A stretch of 64,000 nucleotides of DNA, from positions 1-64,000 of the forward strand of contig CBDESZ010000015.1 of assembly GCA_965242725.1 (NCBI GenBank). The letters run 5' to 3'. Positions 1 to 9,205 of the stretch are shown one piece after another (within the stretch, counting starts at the first letter, position 1; each line of letters starts with the position of its first letter). The translations under genes were made by a program, and so were the position numbers. Source of the DNA: Alkalispirochaeta sp. (GTDB lineage: Bacteria > Spirochaetota > Spirochaetia > DSM-27196 > Alkalispirochaetaceae). The notes beneath the pieces were generated by a model, which saw only the letters and a list, made by a program, of their open reading frames with translations, ran no database searches and was not told the origin of the DNA.

Positions 1-303
1 TCGGCGAGAAAGCGGTCATACACGGGAACGGCCTGAAACAGCTCTTCATCGAAGCTTGACGGCATTTGCTCAACCATCAGGCGGACCGACTCAAGCTCCG
101 AAAGCGTTGCAAGGAGGTCCTGGGTCCCGGAAATCTGTTCCTCTATCGCATTTGCAATTTGAATGACCTGTAGTCGACGTGTATAGAGCTCTTCGTCGAG
201 AAGTCGTTGCCTTCTGACGAGAGTGAAAATTGTTGTAGACACAATCAGCAGCAGAATCGGGAACGGTCACAATGAGCAGTAAAAGCTTGGTCTGTAATTT
301 CAT
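1..303 (-). pseudogene. 5' part of a membrane sensor (MCP or histidine-kinase type N-terminus), frameshifted, runs off window start
   Basis: ATG at 303 gives MKLQTKLLLLIVTVP; deleting one base of the GGG at 259-261 continues as ILLLIVSTTIFTLVRRQRLLDEELYTRRLQVIQIANAIEEQ... open to the window edge (TM helix then helical periplasmic domain). Possibly a sequencing indel. Confidence 0.55.
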
Positions 304-381
304 TATTTTTTCCAATATGGTATTCTATACAGATTAACTCAGCAATGTAAATTGCGACGCCGACCTGACAGGTACGAACAG

Positions 382-1126
382 ATGGAGATCATAAACGGAA
401 TCGGTTTTGCCGAAAACGGCGGATTTGTCATCGCGAAACACCTCCATTCGCCGATGCACGCAGACCGGTACATCGCCGTCGTACTGGCCCTCGCATCGGA
501 CGTTGCCATCGTCGATATGGAGGGGAACGTAACTCTATCCAGTGCCGCGCTCATTCCTCCCGGTGTGGCATTCCGGCTGGACGGCGGGTCCTACGGTACC
601 GCCGCGTTCCTTCACCTCGATCCATTCACCGATGCGGGCAATGCTGCAGGTCGTCGGCTGCACCGGAATCAGACCCCTCGACCGATCGCGGTTTCCATTC
701 GTTCTTCAGGCAATCGAGACATGGATGGGCTCGGAAGGGACGAAGGGGGAGGGGGCGGCAAAGGTTATGGACCTCCTCGTCACGACGCTGTTGGAACGGG
801 ATCTCCGCACGATACCCCTCGATCCGCGGGTCATGCGATGCATTGAGTTTATAAAGCACGCCGACATTGACGAGGTGACCCTCACAAACGCCGCGAAGGT
901 TGCCTCTGTATCCCCGGGCCGGCTCTCCCACCTCTTCAGGAATGAAACCGGCGGTACCTTTCGGGAGTACGTCCTGCATCAAAAGCTTGTCCGGTCCCTC
1001 CGTTCCATCCACGGACGGCATCGTCTCACCACCGCTTCGCATTCCGGGGGATTTACGGATCAGCCTCATTTCACCCATGCATTCCGAAAAGCCTTTGGAA
1101 TCAGACCGTCCTCGGTGAAAAGTTAG
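382..1126 (+). pseudogene. AraC family transcriptional regulator split by a +1 frameshift
   Basis: N-terminal cupin-like part in ORF 352..846 (MEIING...HLDPFTDAG); AraC HTH in ORF 542..1126 (SPGRLSHLFR...GFTDQPHFTHAFRKAFG). Removing one G at 636-638 joins them. Confidence 0.8.
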
Positions 1127-1196
1127 CAACAAAATACAAGTCTCGCAGTCGAATCTTCCGCATAGTGTGTGACAACACAATTCAGGAGGCTTCGAC

Positions 1197-1619
1197 ATGA
1201 ACAATCATTTGACATACCGGGTTGTTCTCGCGACGACGCTGGGCGGCGTGGCGATGTGGGTGACCGCCGGGGTGTGGCACAACCTGATCCTGCCGCGCAC
1301 CGTTGCCGGTGCGGAAGCTCATCATGAGGGACTTCTGGTCGGATTGATAGCCTATTTCACTCTCGCCCTCCTTATGGTGTATCTCTATGCAACCCGGCGG
1401 AAAAGAAGACCCGTCGTCGTGGAAGGACTGATTCTCGGCATGGTCACGGGCATTCTCTGGGTCTTTCCCCATGGACTGACTCTTGCGGGAATACACGGTA
1501 CGTCCATCGCCTATGAAGTCCGTAACGCCCTCTACCACGTTGTCGAGCAGGGAATCGGTGGTGTTGTCGTGGCCGTGATTATCGGAAAGGGCCGACGTGA
1601 CGCTTTCAAGTCGATATGA
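1197..1619 (+). CDS. small 4-TM membrane protein
   Basis: 140 aa, four hydrophobic segments, AGGAGG RBS; likely target of the upstream AraC. Confidence 0.75.
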   Translation: MNNHLTYRVVLATTLGGVAMWVTAGVWHNLILPRTVAGAEAHHEGLLVGLIAYFTLALLMVYLYATRRKRRPVVVEGLILGMVTGILWVFPHGLTLAGIHGTSIAYEVRNALYHVVEQGIGGVVVAVIIGKGRRDAFKSI

Positions 1620-1643
1620 TCGCCGGTATACTCCCCCTCACCT

Positions 1644-2790
1644 ATGAACGAACGATTCAAGCTCGCCGGTTTTACCGCGGTGGGAATGCTGATTCTCGCC
1701 AGCGTGATGACCGGCCTCAGCGCGTCTTTGCTGGACATCGCATCCGAGTTTGCCATCGCACCGAGTCGCGCGGGAATTTTATATACCCTTCACTTTTCCG
1801 GCTTTCTCGGGCTCATTCTCGTGTCGCTGGCCGTAAATGGCCTGCAGGCGCGCCTGCGCCTTGTCATTCTTGCGGCGTGGCTTTTTGGGGTGGCGCTGGT
1901 TGCCGCCGGAACGAGTACCGGCTTTCTTATCCTGGCGGTTGCCCTCATCTTTGCCGGTGGTGCCGGCGGTATTATTGAGGCACATACGGCGACGCTGATG
2001 GTAATGACGACAAAAGACGAAGGGGAGGCGGGCCGGCTCATTTCATTGACACAGGCATTTTTCGCGGTCGGCGCCCTCCTCACGCCGGTCTATCTCGCGA
2101 TGGGGAACGTGATCGCCTCGAGTTGGCGCAGCCTCTTTCTGATTCTCGGCGGAATCGGAGTCATCGGCGGGCTGATCGGTATCACCATGCGTTCCCGACG
2201 CTTTCAGTTTGTTCACACAGGTATGGGCGCATTCCCGCTGGAAACCTCTCGTAAAAGTGTCTGCCGCGATCGCCTGCTACGTCGGTGCGGAAGTCACAAT
2301 TTTTGGATGGGCGCCCACGGTGATGGAACTGTACCACGGAATTCCCGCGTCTCGGGCCCGTCTGGCTCCGACGCTCTTCTGGATCGGAATGCTCGGTGGA
2401 CGCGTCGTAATCGCGTCGCTGACGCGCCGGTACACCGCGGAGCGATTGCTCCGGGTTTCTGCGCTCCTCGGGGTGGCTGCGGCGGTCATGGTGGTGTTTG
2501 TTTCAACCGAGCCCCTCCTCTGGGCGGCGGTAACCCTTTCGTCAGTCGCCTGTGCGGGCATCTGGCCGCTCATCGTTGCGACCAGCAGCGAGACGGGGCA
2601 TGAAACGGGCACGACAATCATCGTCGCTGCAGGTGGACTCGGCGCGGCGGTCTTTCCCTACCTGGCGGGACTGATTTCGGAGTTTCTGCCGGGACACTTC
2701 ATCCTGCTCATGGCCTCGCCCCTGCTCCTGGTGGTCTTTCTTTTAAGCAGAAGTTCCCCTGTGACGCAGATTTCGCGATCGGATGCCTAA
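1644..2790 (+). pseudogene. MFS transporter (FucP/TsgA-like) split by a +1 frameshift
   Basis: First TM bundle in ORF 1644..2603; second half (YVGAE, FWIGMLGGR, AGIWP) in ORF 2209..2790. Removing one base at GGG 2225-2227 or CCC 2234-2236 restores a single ORF. Confidence 0.8.
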
Positions 2791-2819
2791 GCGGGAATAC
2801 CGGGGAGCTTTGACGAGGC

Positions 2820-3383
2820 CTATTCCTTTCTCAATATCAGGAGAATCGAATCGGCCTCTTCCATCTCCCGGTACACGGAGCACTCAAGAATCGTCCATTC
2901 CGGCGCAACCATCTTTTCCAGTTCAGTCTCCGTGTAGTAGACGAATCGCAGTCCGTTGATCTCGTCTTCTCCCGTTCCCTTCCAGAAAGAATGACAGAGG
3001 ATGCCGCCGTCATCTACGATTTTGCGCTGACGCGCAAAGGACCGTTCAAGATCTTCGCGGCGCAGATGGTGGAGAACCTTGTTTGAATAGATTGCATCAA
3101 AACGACGATTGGTATTCAGCGTCACTGCGTCCAATTGTATCAGGTCGGCATCGGGATTATTCTCGCGGTACATGTCCAGAAACGCTTGTGACGAGTCTGA
3201 TCCGGTAACCCGGTAGTCGCGTGCCAGAATAGACAAGTCCACCCCCGGTCCCATGCCGATCTCCAGAACGCTCTTACCCGGATCAAGAACGTGGCGAAGC
3301 TTTTCGATGATTTGCCGCCCGTCGTATCCGCGGGCCATCTCGATATATTCACTGACATTACGCGGGTCTTCCCAAAAATTCAT
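2820..3383 (-). CDS. class I SAM-dependent methyltransferase
   Basis: VLEIGMGPGVD motif I; FDAIYSNKVLHH. Confidence 0.9.
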   Translation of the reverse strand: MNFWEDPRNVSEYIEMARGYDGRQIIEKLRHVLDPGKSVLEIGMGPGVDLSILARDYRVTGSDSSQAFLDMYRENNPDADLIQLDAVTLNTNRRFDAIYSNKVLHHLRREDLERSFARQRKIVDDGGILCHSFWKGTGEDEINGLRFVYYTETELEKMVAPEWTILECSVYREMEEADSILLILRKE

Positions 3384-3540
3384 ATTGTTGAAGATACGTT
3401 GTCGGCCGGTAATTGACGACGTTACGGCGCCGGAAGTGTCGCGATTTCCTCTTGTTCAACCCTGAAGACGGCGAAGGAACTGGCGGAGGCTGTACTTTCC
3501 ATTTGATATCCCCGGAACACTCCATGCTATATTAGTACCG

Positions 3541-5466
3541 ATGCTGTTCATTGACCTCTTTGGGAATATCTTCATCCCCGTCCTTTCCGCCGTTTTCTAC
3601 GTTGTCCTTTGTCTCTATTTCGTGGTCATTGAAGATTCCAAATCCGAGTCGACGAAATACTTCATCGTCTTCCTTCTCTCCTTTGCGTTTTTTCTCCTGG
3701 GACGACCGGTTCAGATTCTGTCCAGCCCTCATCCCGTTCCGTTGATCATCAACAATGTGCGCTCTTTCATTTTCAGTGCCCTCACTATTCCGATGGTTAT
3801 CCTTGCCGATTTCTCCCGGCCCGAAAAAATTTCAAAACGACGGGTGTTGTTTCTCATGGCCGGAGGAATTATTCTCGGTGCGGTGTACTGCGTATTCAAC
3901 ACCTTGACGACAACCGGGTCGGAGGTGATTTTTACGCTCGGCGGCGTACACGCCCATGACTCGGTAACCCCCGTAAATTCTTCTCCTTTTTATGGACGGG
4001 AGGTAACCAACGCGGTGTATATGATTCTCGCGACGATCCTCTTTATCGATTCCGTCAGCAAGATACGTCGTGCGCGGAGTTTCGCGGGAACCGGGGCCAT
4101 CAACTCAAAGCTGGTATACCTCTACAATACGGGCAAGATCATTTTTGCCCTGACCTTTTTCTTTGGGTCGTGGTTACATCAATGGTGGATTTACTATCTG
4201 GGATCGTTCATAAGCGTCATGTTCCTCGGCTACGGCGTCGTACTGGATATCAGAGAAAACAAGTACAGGACGCAGCAGGTTATATCGTTTATCCGGGAAG
4301 ATCTGATACAGGACCTTTCAACGGATGTCCATACCCGTCAACAGGTGTCGGATATACTCGCTCTCCTGAAAATTCCCGACGACATCAACACCTTTATCGT
4401 GCTTAAAAAATCCGGTTCAGGCGCTGTAAAACGGACCGGTTTTCAAAGCAGACAGGAAAGCCTGAACAGGGAGATCGGCGGTGTTCTTGACCAGACCCTG
4501 GGAGTGAACAGGTCCATTCTGATTCCCATCGGTACCGATATGCTCGGTATCTGTCTCGCCAATTCATCCGAAGAAGACTACGGGCGGATGAGTACCATTC
4601 ACATTTGCGAACACCTGAAAAAGAAAGTCGATGAGCTCAATCTCTATGATTTTGGCATCGGTCGGAGTTACTCGGGGCTGGACGATTTGAAAAAGTCCTA
4701 TCATGAGGCGGTGAATGCCCTCGAGCACGCGATTCAGAATGAAGGAAGCCAGATTGTTCACATTTCGGATATTCAGGATGGGGAAGTACGTCGGGAGTAT
4801 CCCCTCAACGAAAAAAACGCCTTTCTGGCTGCCATCAGAATCGGAGACGCCGCGATGGCTTTCGAGCAGATTCCGTCGCTTTCCCGGCGTCTTTTCCATT
4901 ACTGCAGTACCAACGACAAACTGCCGAGGGTTCTTATCTATGAACTGCTTGGCGCAATGATTGAATCCGCAATATCCGGCGGAGGCGATGTGGATGACCT
5001 TCTGGAGCTGAGCGAATCATATTTCACAGATTCCGCGATATTTCGCAGCGAGACACAGATTGCGGCGTGGTTGAGAGGCCGGACCGAGGAAATCATCGAT
5101 ATCGTAGCCCGTTCCCATTCCGACCGGTATGAAAAGATCGTCAGATCGGCAAAGAAATACATCGACGAAAACTATGCCAGGGCAATCTCGGTGAAAGATG
5201 TGGCGGATTCGGTATACATCAGCGAATCCTACTTCAAATCGATATTCAAGAAGAGCAGCGGATATTCCTATTCCGAGTATCTCACCCAGGTGCGGATGAA
5301 TGAAGCGAAGAAACTGCTTCAGGCCACCGACAAAGCGGTGACGGAAATCGCCATGGATGTGGGGTTTCAGACGCCGAACTCGTTCAGCACCCTCTTCAAG
5401 AGGGAGACCGGTTTGACCCCCACCCAGTATAAGAATCAGGTGCGCAAAAAGCCGGACAGCCGGTGA
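3541..5466 (+). CDS. AraC regulator with N-terminal multi-pass membrane domain and YesN/CdaR-like central domain
   Basis: About 235 aa with roughly 7 hydrophobic helices, then GIGRSYSGLDDLKKSYHEA, then AraC HTH (EIAMDVGFQTPNSFSTLFKRETGLTP). Confidence 0.85.
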   Translation: MLFIDLFGNIFIPVLSAVFYVVLCLYFVVIEDSKSESTKYFIVFLLSFAFFLLGRPVQILSSPHPVPLIINNVRSFIFSALTIPMVILADFSRPEKISKRRVLFLMAGGIILGAVYCVFNTLTTTGSEVIFTLGGVHAHDSVTPVNSSPFYGREVTNAVYMILATILFIDSVSKIRRARSFAGTGAINSKLVYLYNTGKIIFALTFFFGSWLHQWWIYYLGSFISVMFLGYGVVLDIRENKYRTQQVISFIREDLIQDLSTDVHTRQQVSDILALLKIPDDINTFIVLKKSGSGAVKRTGFQSRQESLNREIGGVLDQTLGVNRSILIPIGTDMLGICLANSSEEDYGRMSTIHICEHLKKKVDELNLYDFGIGRSYSGLDDLKKSYHEAVNALEHAIQNEGSQIVHISDIQDGEVRREYPLNEKNAFLAAIRIGDAAMAFEQIPSLSRRLFHYCSTNDKLPRVLIYELLGAMIESAISGGGDVDDLLELSESYFTDSAIFRSETQIAAWLRGRTEEIIDIVARSHSDRYEKIVRSAKKYIDENYARAISVKDVADSVYISESYFKSIFKKSSGYSYSEYLTQVRMNEAKKLLQATDKAVTEIAMDVGFQTPNSFSTLFKRETGLTPTQYKNQVRKKPDSR

Positions 5467-5580
5467 TTCACCGATTTCGCAGCAACAAAGTACAATCAAA
5501 AAGGTTCTCAGGATAATCCATAACGCGAGTTCTCCGGGGTCACCTCATCATTGACCAATCACTCAGAAAAAGGAGTTTTT

Positions 5581-6603
5581 ATGAAAGCAAAAATGTTTTT
5601 GCTGTCGGCAGTGATGATTCTCGCAGCTTCCCTCGTTATGGCAGGTGGCCAGGGCGAGGCTTCATCAATGGATGAAGGTGGTGAGCAGCAGGTCACCCTT
5701 GTGTACGCAGAGGTAAACCCTCTTGATTCCATCGTTGGACAGACGGGTCTTAAGTTCAAGGAAGAAGTCGAACGACTGACGAACGGATCCGTGATGATAG
5801 ACCTCCAGCACAGCGGAGTACTGGGCGACGAGCCTGCCGTACTCGACGCGATGCTCGGCGGCAGCGGAACGATCGACATGTCCCGAATCTCGGCGTTTGC
5901 CCTGACGCCCTATGGCGGTCAGAAGTCAAAGCTCCTCTCCATTCCCTATACCTTTGCAGGCAGGGATCACTTCTGGAACTTTGCGACCAGCGACCTCGCT
6001 CCCGAGTTCCTTCTCGAGCCACATGAAAACGGCAGTGGAATCCGCGGTCTCTTCTACGGTGAAGAAGGTTTCCGCCATTTCTTCTCGTCCCAGCCGCTGA
6101 ACACAATGGCCGACCTGGACGGGATGAAGATCCGTGTATCCAATGACCCCATCGCACGGGGTATGGTGGAAGGCATCGGCGCCGATCCGACGGTCGTCAG
6201 CTACAGCGAACTCTATACGTCCCTTCAGAGCGGCGTTGTTGACGCGGCGGAACAGCCCATCGCCAACTATTACTCAATGTCCTTCCATGAAGTTGCGCCC
6301 TACATGATCCTTGACGGTCATACCCTCGGTGCCATCCAGGTCGTCATCACCGATGCGGCGTGGGACAATCTTTCTGCGGACCAGCAGGATGCCCTTATGG
6401 AAGCCGGACGAATTGCCTCCGCCTACAACAGAGAACTCTCTGAAGGTGCCGAGCAGGAAGTGCTTGAGAAACTTGCTGCAGAAGGTGCTACCGTGGTTCC
6501 CGTCGAAGACGTGACCCCCTGGCAGCGGGCGACCGCCGACGTAGCTGAAATGGCAAGTGCGGACAATCCGGAGCTCTATCAGCAGATACTCGACATGCAA
6601 TAG
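5581..6603 (+). CDS. dctP: TRAP transporter substrate-binding protein
   Basis: GFRHF, GMKIRV, YSELYTSLQSGVVDAAEQP; AAGGAG RBS before ATG 5581. Confidence 0.92.
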   Translation: MKAKMFLLSAVMILAASLVMAGGQGEASSMDEGGEQQVTLVYAEVNPLDSIVGQTGLKFKEEVERLTNGSVMIDLQHSGVLGDEPAVLDAMLGGSGTIDMSRISAFALTPYGGQKSKLLSIPYTFAGRDHFWNFATSDLAPEFLLEPHENGSGIRGLFYGEEGFRHFFSSQPLNTMADLDGMKIRVSNDPIARGMVEGIGADPTVVSYSELYTSLQSGVVDAAEQPIANYYSMSFHEVAPYMILDGHTLGAIQVVITDAAWDNLSADQQDALMEAGRIASAYNRELSEGAEQEVLEKLAAEGATVVPVEDVTPWQRATADVAEMASADNPELYQQILDMQ

Positions 6604-6685
6604 ACGCTCATCTGCTTCCGGTGTCCCCTGCGTCAGCATTGTGGACCGCCGGAAGCAGATCCGTGCTAAAGTAAACAGCACAAAC

Positions 6686-6719
6686 ACAAAAAGCGGGAAT
6701 AGTATCCTGCTTTTTTTGT
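6686..6719 (+). terminator. intrinsic terminator-like hairpin between dctP and dctQ
   Basis: AGCGGGA-atagta-TCCTGCT (one G.U pair) followed by a T run; A-run on the other side. Confidence 0.6.
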
Positions 6720-6780
6720 ACGTCCATGCGGCACGGCAACTGAAGGTTCTGTGCCGCATTGGCGGCACTGAGGGGTCAAA

Positions 6781-7308
6781 ATGAGAGCATTTTTTCAATT
6801 GGCGGACCGAATCAAACCATTTTACGACGTCGTCGACAAAGTGGTGCTCTTTGTCTGCAAGGTCCTGTTGATCATTGATATCGGTATCACGTCGGTCGCG
6901 GTAGCGGGCCGCTATATTTCGTTCATACCGGACCCGGCGTGGAGTGAGGAAATCGTCCTCACCTGCATGGCCTATATGGCGGTGCTGTCGGCGGCTCTTG
7001 CCATACGGCGCAAAAGCCATATTCGAATGAGCGCCCTCGACGGATATCTTCCGCAGAGAGTCATCGATATTCTGGACATGCTCGCAGATCTGGCGGTTAT
7101 AACCCTCGGTTTTATCATGATTTTCGTCGGCTGGAAGTACGCCGTTACCATCGGCGCGAGAGGTACTTACGTCAGTCTTCCAAACCTCTCCCGGTTCTGG
7201 ATGTACTTTCCCGTACCGCTTGCAGGAGTTGCCATGGTCATTTTCGAGATTGAGACCATCTATAACCAGGTTAAAAAGCTCGTACTCGGGGAGGATGAAG
7301 CTCTATGA
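6781..7308 (+). CDS. dctQ: TRAP transporter small permease
   Basis: 4 TM, WSEE and HIRM motifs, lies between dctP and dctM. Confidence 0.92.
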   Translation: MRAFFQLADRIKPFYDVVDKVVLFVCKVLLIIDIGITSVAVAGRYISFIPDPAWSEEIVLTCMAYMAVLSAALAIRRKSHIRMSALDGYLPQRVIDILDMLADLAVITLGFIMIFVGWKYAVTIGARGTYVSLPNLSRFWMYFPVPLAGVAMVIFEIETIYNQVKKLVLGEDEAL

Positions 7309-8597
7309 TCGTCAACAGCATGGCTATCTTTATCCTTATCGGAAGCTTTCTTTTTCTCGTGCTTCTCCGATTTCCAATTGCCTATGCGGTGGCTCTCTCC
7401 TCCATTCTCTGCCTCCTCTATCAGGGCCTTCCCCTGTCAACGGTGGCACAGCAAATGGTTAAGGGAATCAGTTCCTTCAGTCTCATGGCGGTCCCCTTCT
7501 TTATTACCATGGGATACCTGATGGGCAACGGGGGAATCTCGGAAAAACTGATCGCCCTGGCAAACGCGTGTGTCGGCTGGATGCGCGGCGGCATGGCCAT
7601 GGTCAATATCGTTGCATCCTATTTTTTCGGTGGTATCTCGGGATCCGCGGCGGCGGATACGGCTTCACTGGGAAGCATCATGATTCCCATGATGGCGGAC
7701 CAGGGCTATGACAAGGATTTTTCGACGGCGGTAACCATAACCAGTTCCGTAGAAGGACTTCTCGTTCCCCCCAGTCACAATATGGTCATATATGCGACCA
7801 CCGCCGGTGGAATTTCGGTGGGTAGTCTCTTTCTTGCGGGATATCTGCCTGCGGCAATCCTCGCGGGCACCCTCATGGTCGGGGCGTATATTATCTCCGT
7901 TCGGCGGGGATATCCCAAGGGTGAACGGTTTCATCTGGTCAATTTGCTGAAGCAGCTCTTTCTTTCCTTCTGGGCACTGGCGGCGATTCTCATCGTTGTC
8001 GTCGGTGTTGTCGGCGGAATCTTCACCGCCACCGAATCCTCGGCAATCGCGGTAATCTACAGTCTCATTGTGAGCGTCTTTATCTATAAAGGTCTGGACT
8101 GGAAAGGAGTCTGGAAAGTCATGGATGAGGTGGTGGGAACCCTCTCCATCGTTCTCATCCTCATTGCCACATCAAGCATTTTCGGCTTTCTCCTGACACG
8201 GCTCAATGTTCCGACCCTGGCCGCCAACGCGATTCTGGGTCTGACTGAAAATCCCATACTCATCGCCCTGCTGCTGAACGCGATTCTTCTCGTTCTCGGC
8301 ATGATTATGGATATGGCGCCGATTATTCTCATCGCCACACCCATTCTCCTGCCGATCGCCACGAGCATAGGAATTTCTCCCATCCAGTTTGGCATCCTGA
8401 TCATCCTGAACTGCGGAATCGGATTGTTGACCCCGCCGGTGGGGTCGGTGCTCTTCATCGGCTCGGCAGTCGGAAGAGTGTCCATCGAAAAGGTTGTACG
8501 GGCGACAATGCCCTTCTACATTCTGATGATCATCACTCTGATCCTGGTGACCTTCGTTCCGTCGATCAGCCTCTTCCTGCCGGAGCTGTTCAGGTAG
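7305..8597 (+). CDS. dctM: TRAP transporter large permease
   Basis: LMAVPFF, GISGSAAAD, VPPSH, GLLTPPVG motifs; ATGA overlap with dctQ. Confidence 0.95.
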   Translation: MIVNSMAIFILIGSFLFLVLLRFPIAYAVALSSILCLLYQGLPLSTVAQQMVKGISSFSLMAVPFFITMGYLMGNGGISEKLIALANACVGWMRGGMAMVNIVASYFFGGISGSAAADTASLGSIMIPMMADQGYDKDFSTAVTITSSVEGLLVPPSHNMVIYATTAGGISVGSLFLAGYLPAAILAGTLMVGAYIISVRRGYPKGERFHLVNLLKQLFLSFWALAAILIVVVGVVGGIFTATESSAIAVIYSLIVSVFIYKGLDWKGVWKVMDEVVGTLSIVLILIATSSIFGFLLTRLNVPTLAANAILGLTENPILIALLLNAILLVLGMIMDMAPIILIATPILLPIATSIGISPIQFGILIILNCGIGLLTPPVGSVLFIGSAVGRVSIEKVVRATMPFYILMIITLILVTFVPSISLFLPELFR

Positions 8598-8608
8598 GGC
8601 AGAGGTCG

Positions 8609-9076
8609 ATGAAATACAGTTATCTGTATAAGGTGAGTCCCCAAAGTTTATTGATTCTCAGCATGGTGAACATCTATCGAACCATGCTGAGCGTCATTAA
8701 CATTGTGTTCACCGGGTCGATGATCCTCCTCGCAATCAGATTCTGGTCCGAGGTGAATCCCTTTCTGCGCATTCTGTTTCTCTTCGGGATTCTCCTCTTT
8801 CCCGTCGTACAACCTCTGGTCATCTATCTGCGAAGCAGAAAAATAGTCGGCAACATGCCCGACGACATGGTGATAAGCTTTGACAGCGATGGTATCACCA
8901 TTTCTTCCGAATCGGGACGGGCGGAAATCAGCTACGGTTCCCTGAAATTCGTACATCGGATCGCCGGCATGATCATCATGTATACCAGGGACGGCAGGGG
9001 ATACATCCTCGGCAGGGGAATCCTCGGGGACAACGGAATACAGTTATTCAAGTTTGTTTCGCAGCAATTGAAATAG
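8609..9076 (+). CDS. YcxB-like membrane protein
   Basis: Two TM helices then a beta-rich domain (FDSDGITISSESG); 11 bp after dctM. Confidence 0.65.
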   Translation: MKYSYLYKVSPQSLLILSMVNIYRTMLSVINIVFTGSMILLAIRFWSEVNPFLRILFLFGILLFPVVQPLVIYLRSRKIVGNMPDDMVISFDSDGITISSESGRAEISYGSLKFVHRIAGMIIMYTRDGRGYILGRGILGDNGIQLFKFVSQQLK

Positions 9077-9205
9077 CCTTCCTGACTTCATCGCAATGTC
9101 CGGTATGAAGCACCCTTTTCACATCTCATGAGATCTGTCTTACAATGGTACGTGTACCGCGTTGTATGCGATAGGCGCATGCAAAGGTACAAAAGGAGGC
9201 TTGAT

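Noticed and set aside
636..2236. Programmed frameshifting or phase variation
   Set aside because: Runs are only 2-3 nt, with no slippery heptamers; error is more likely.
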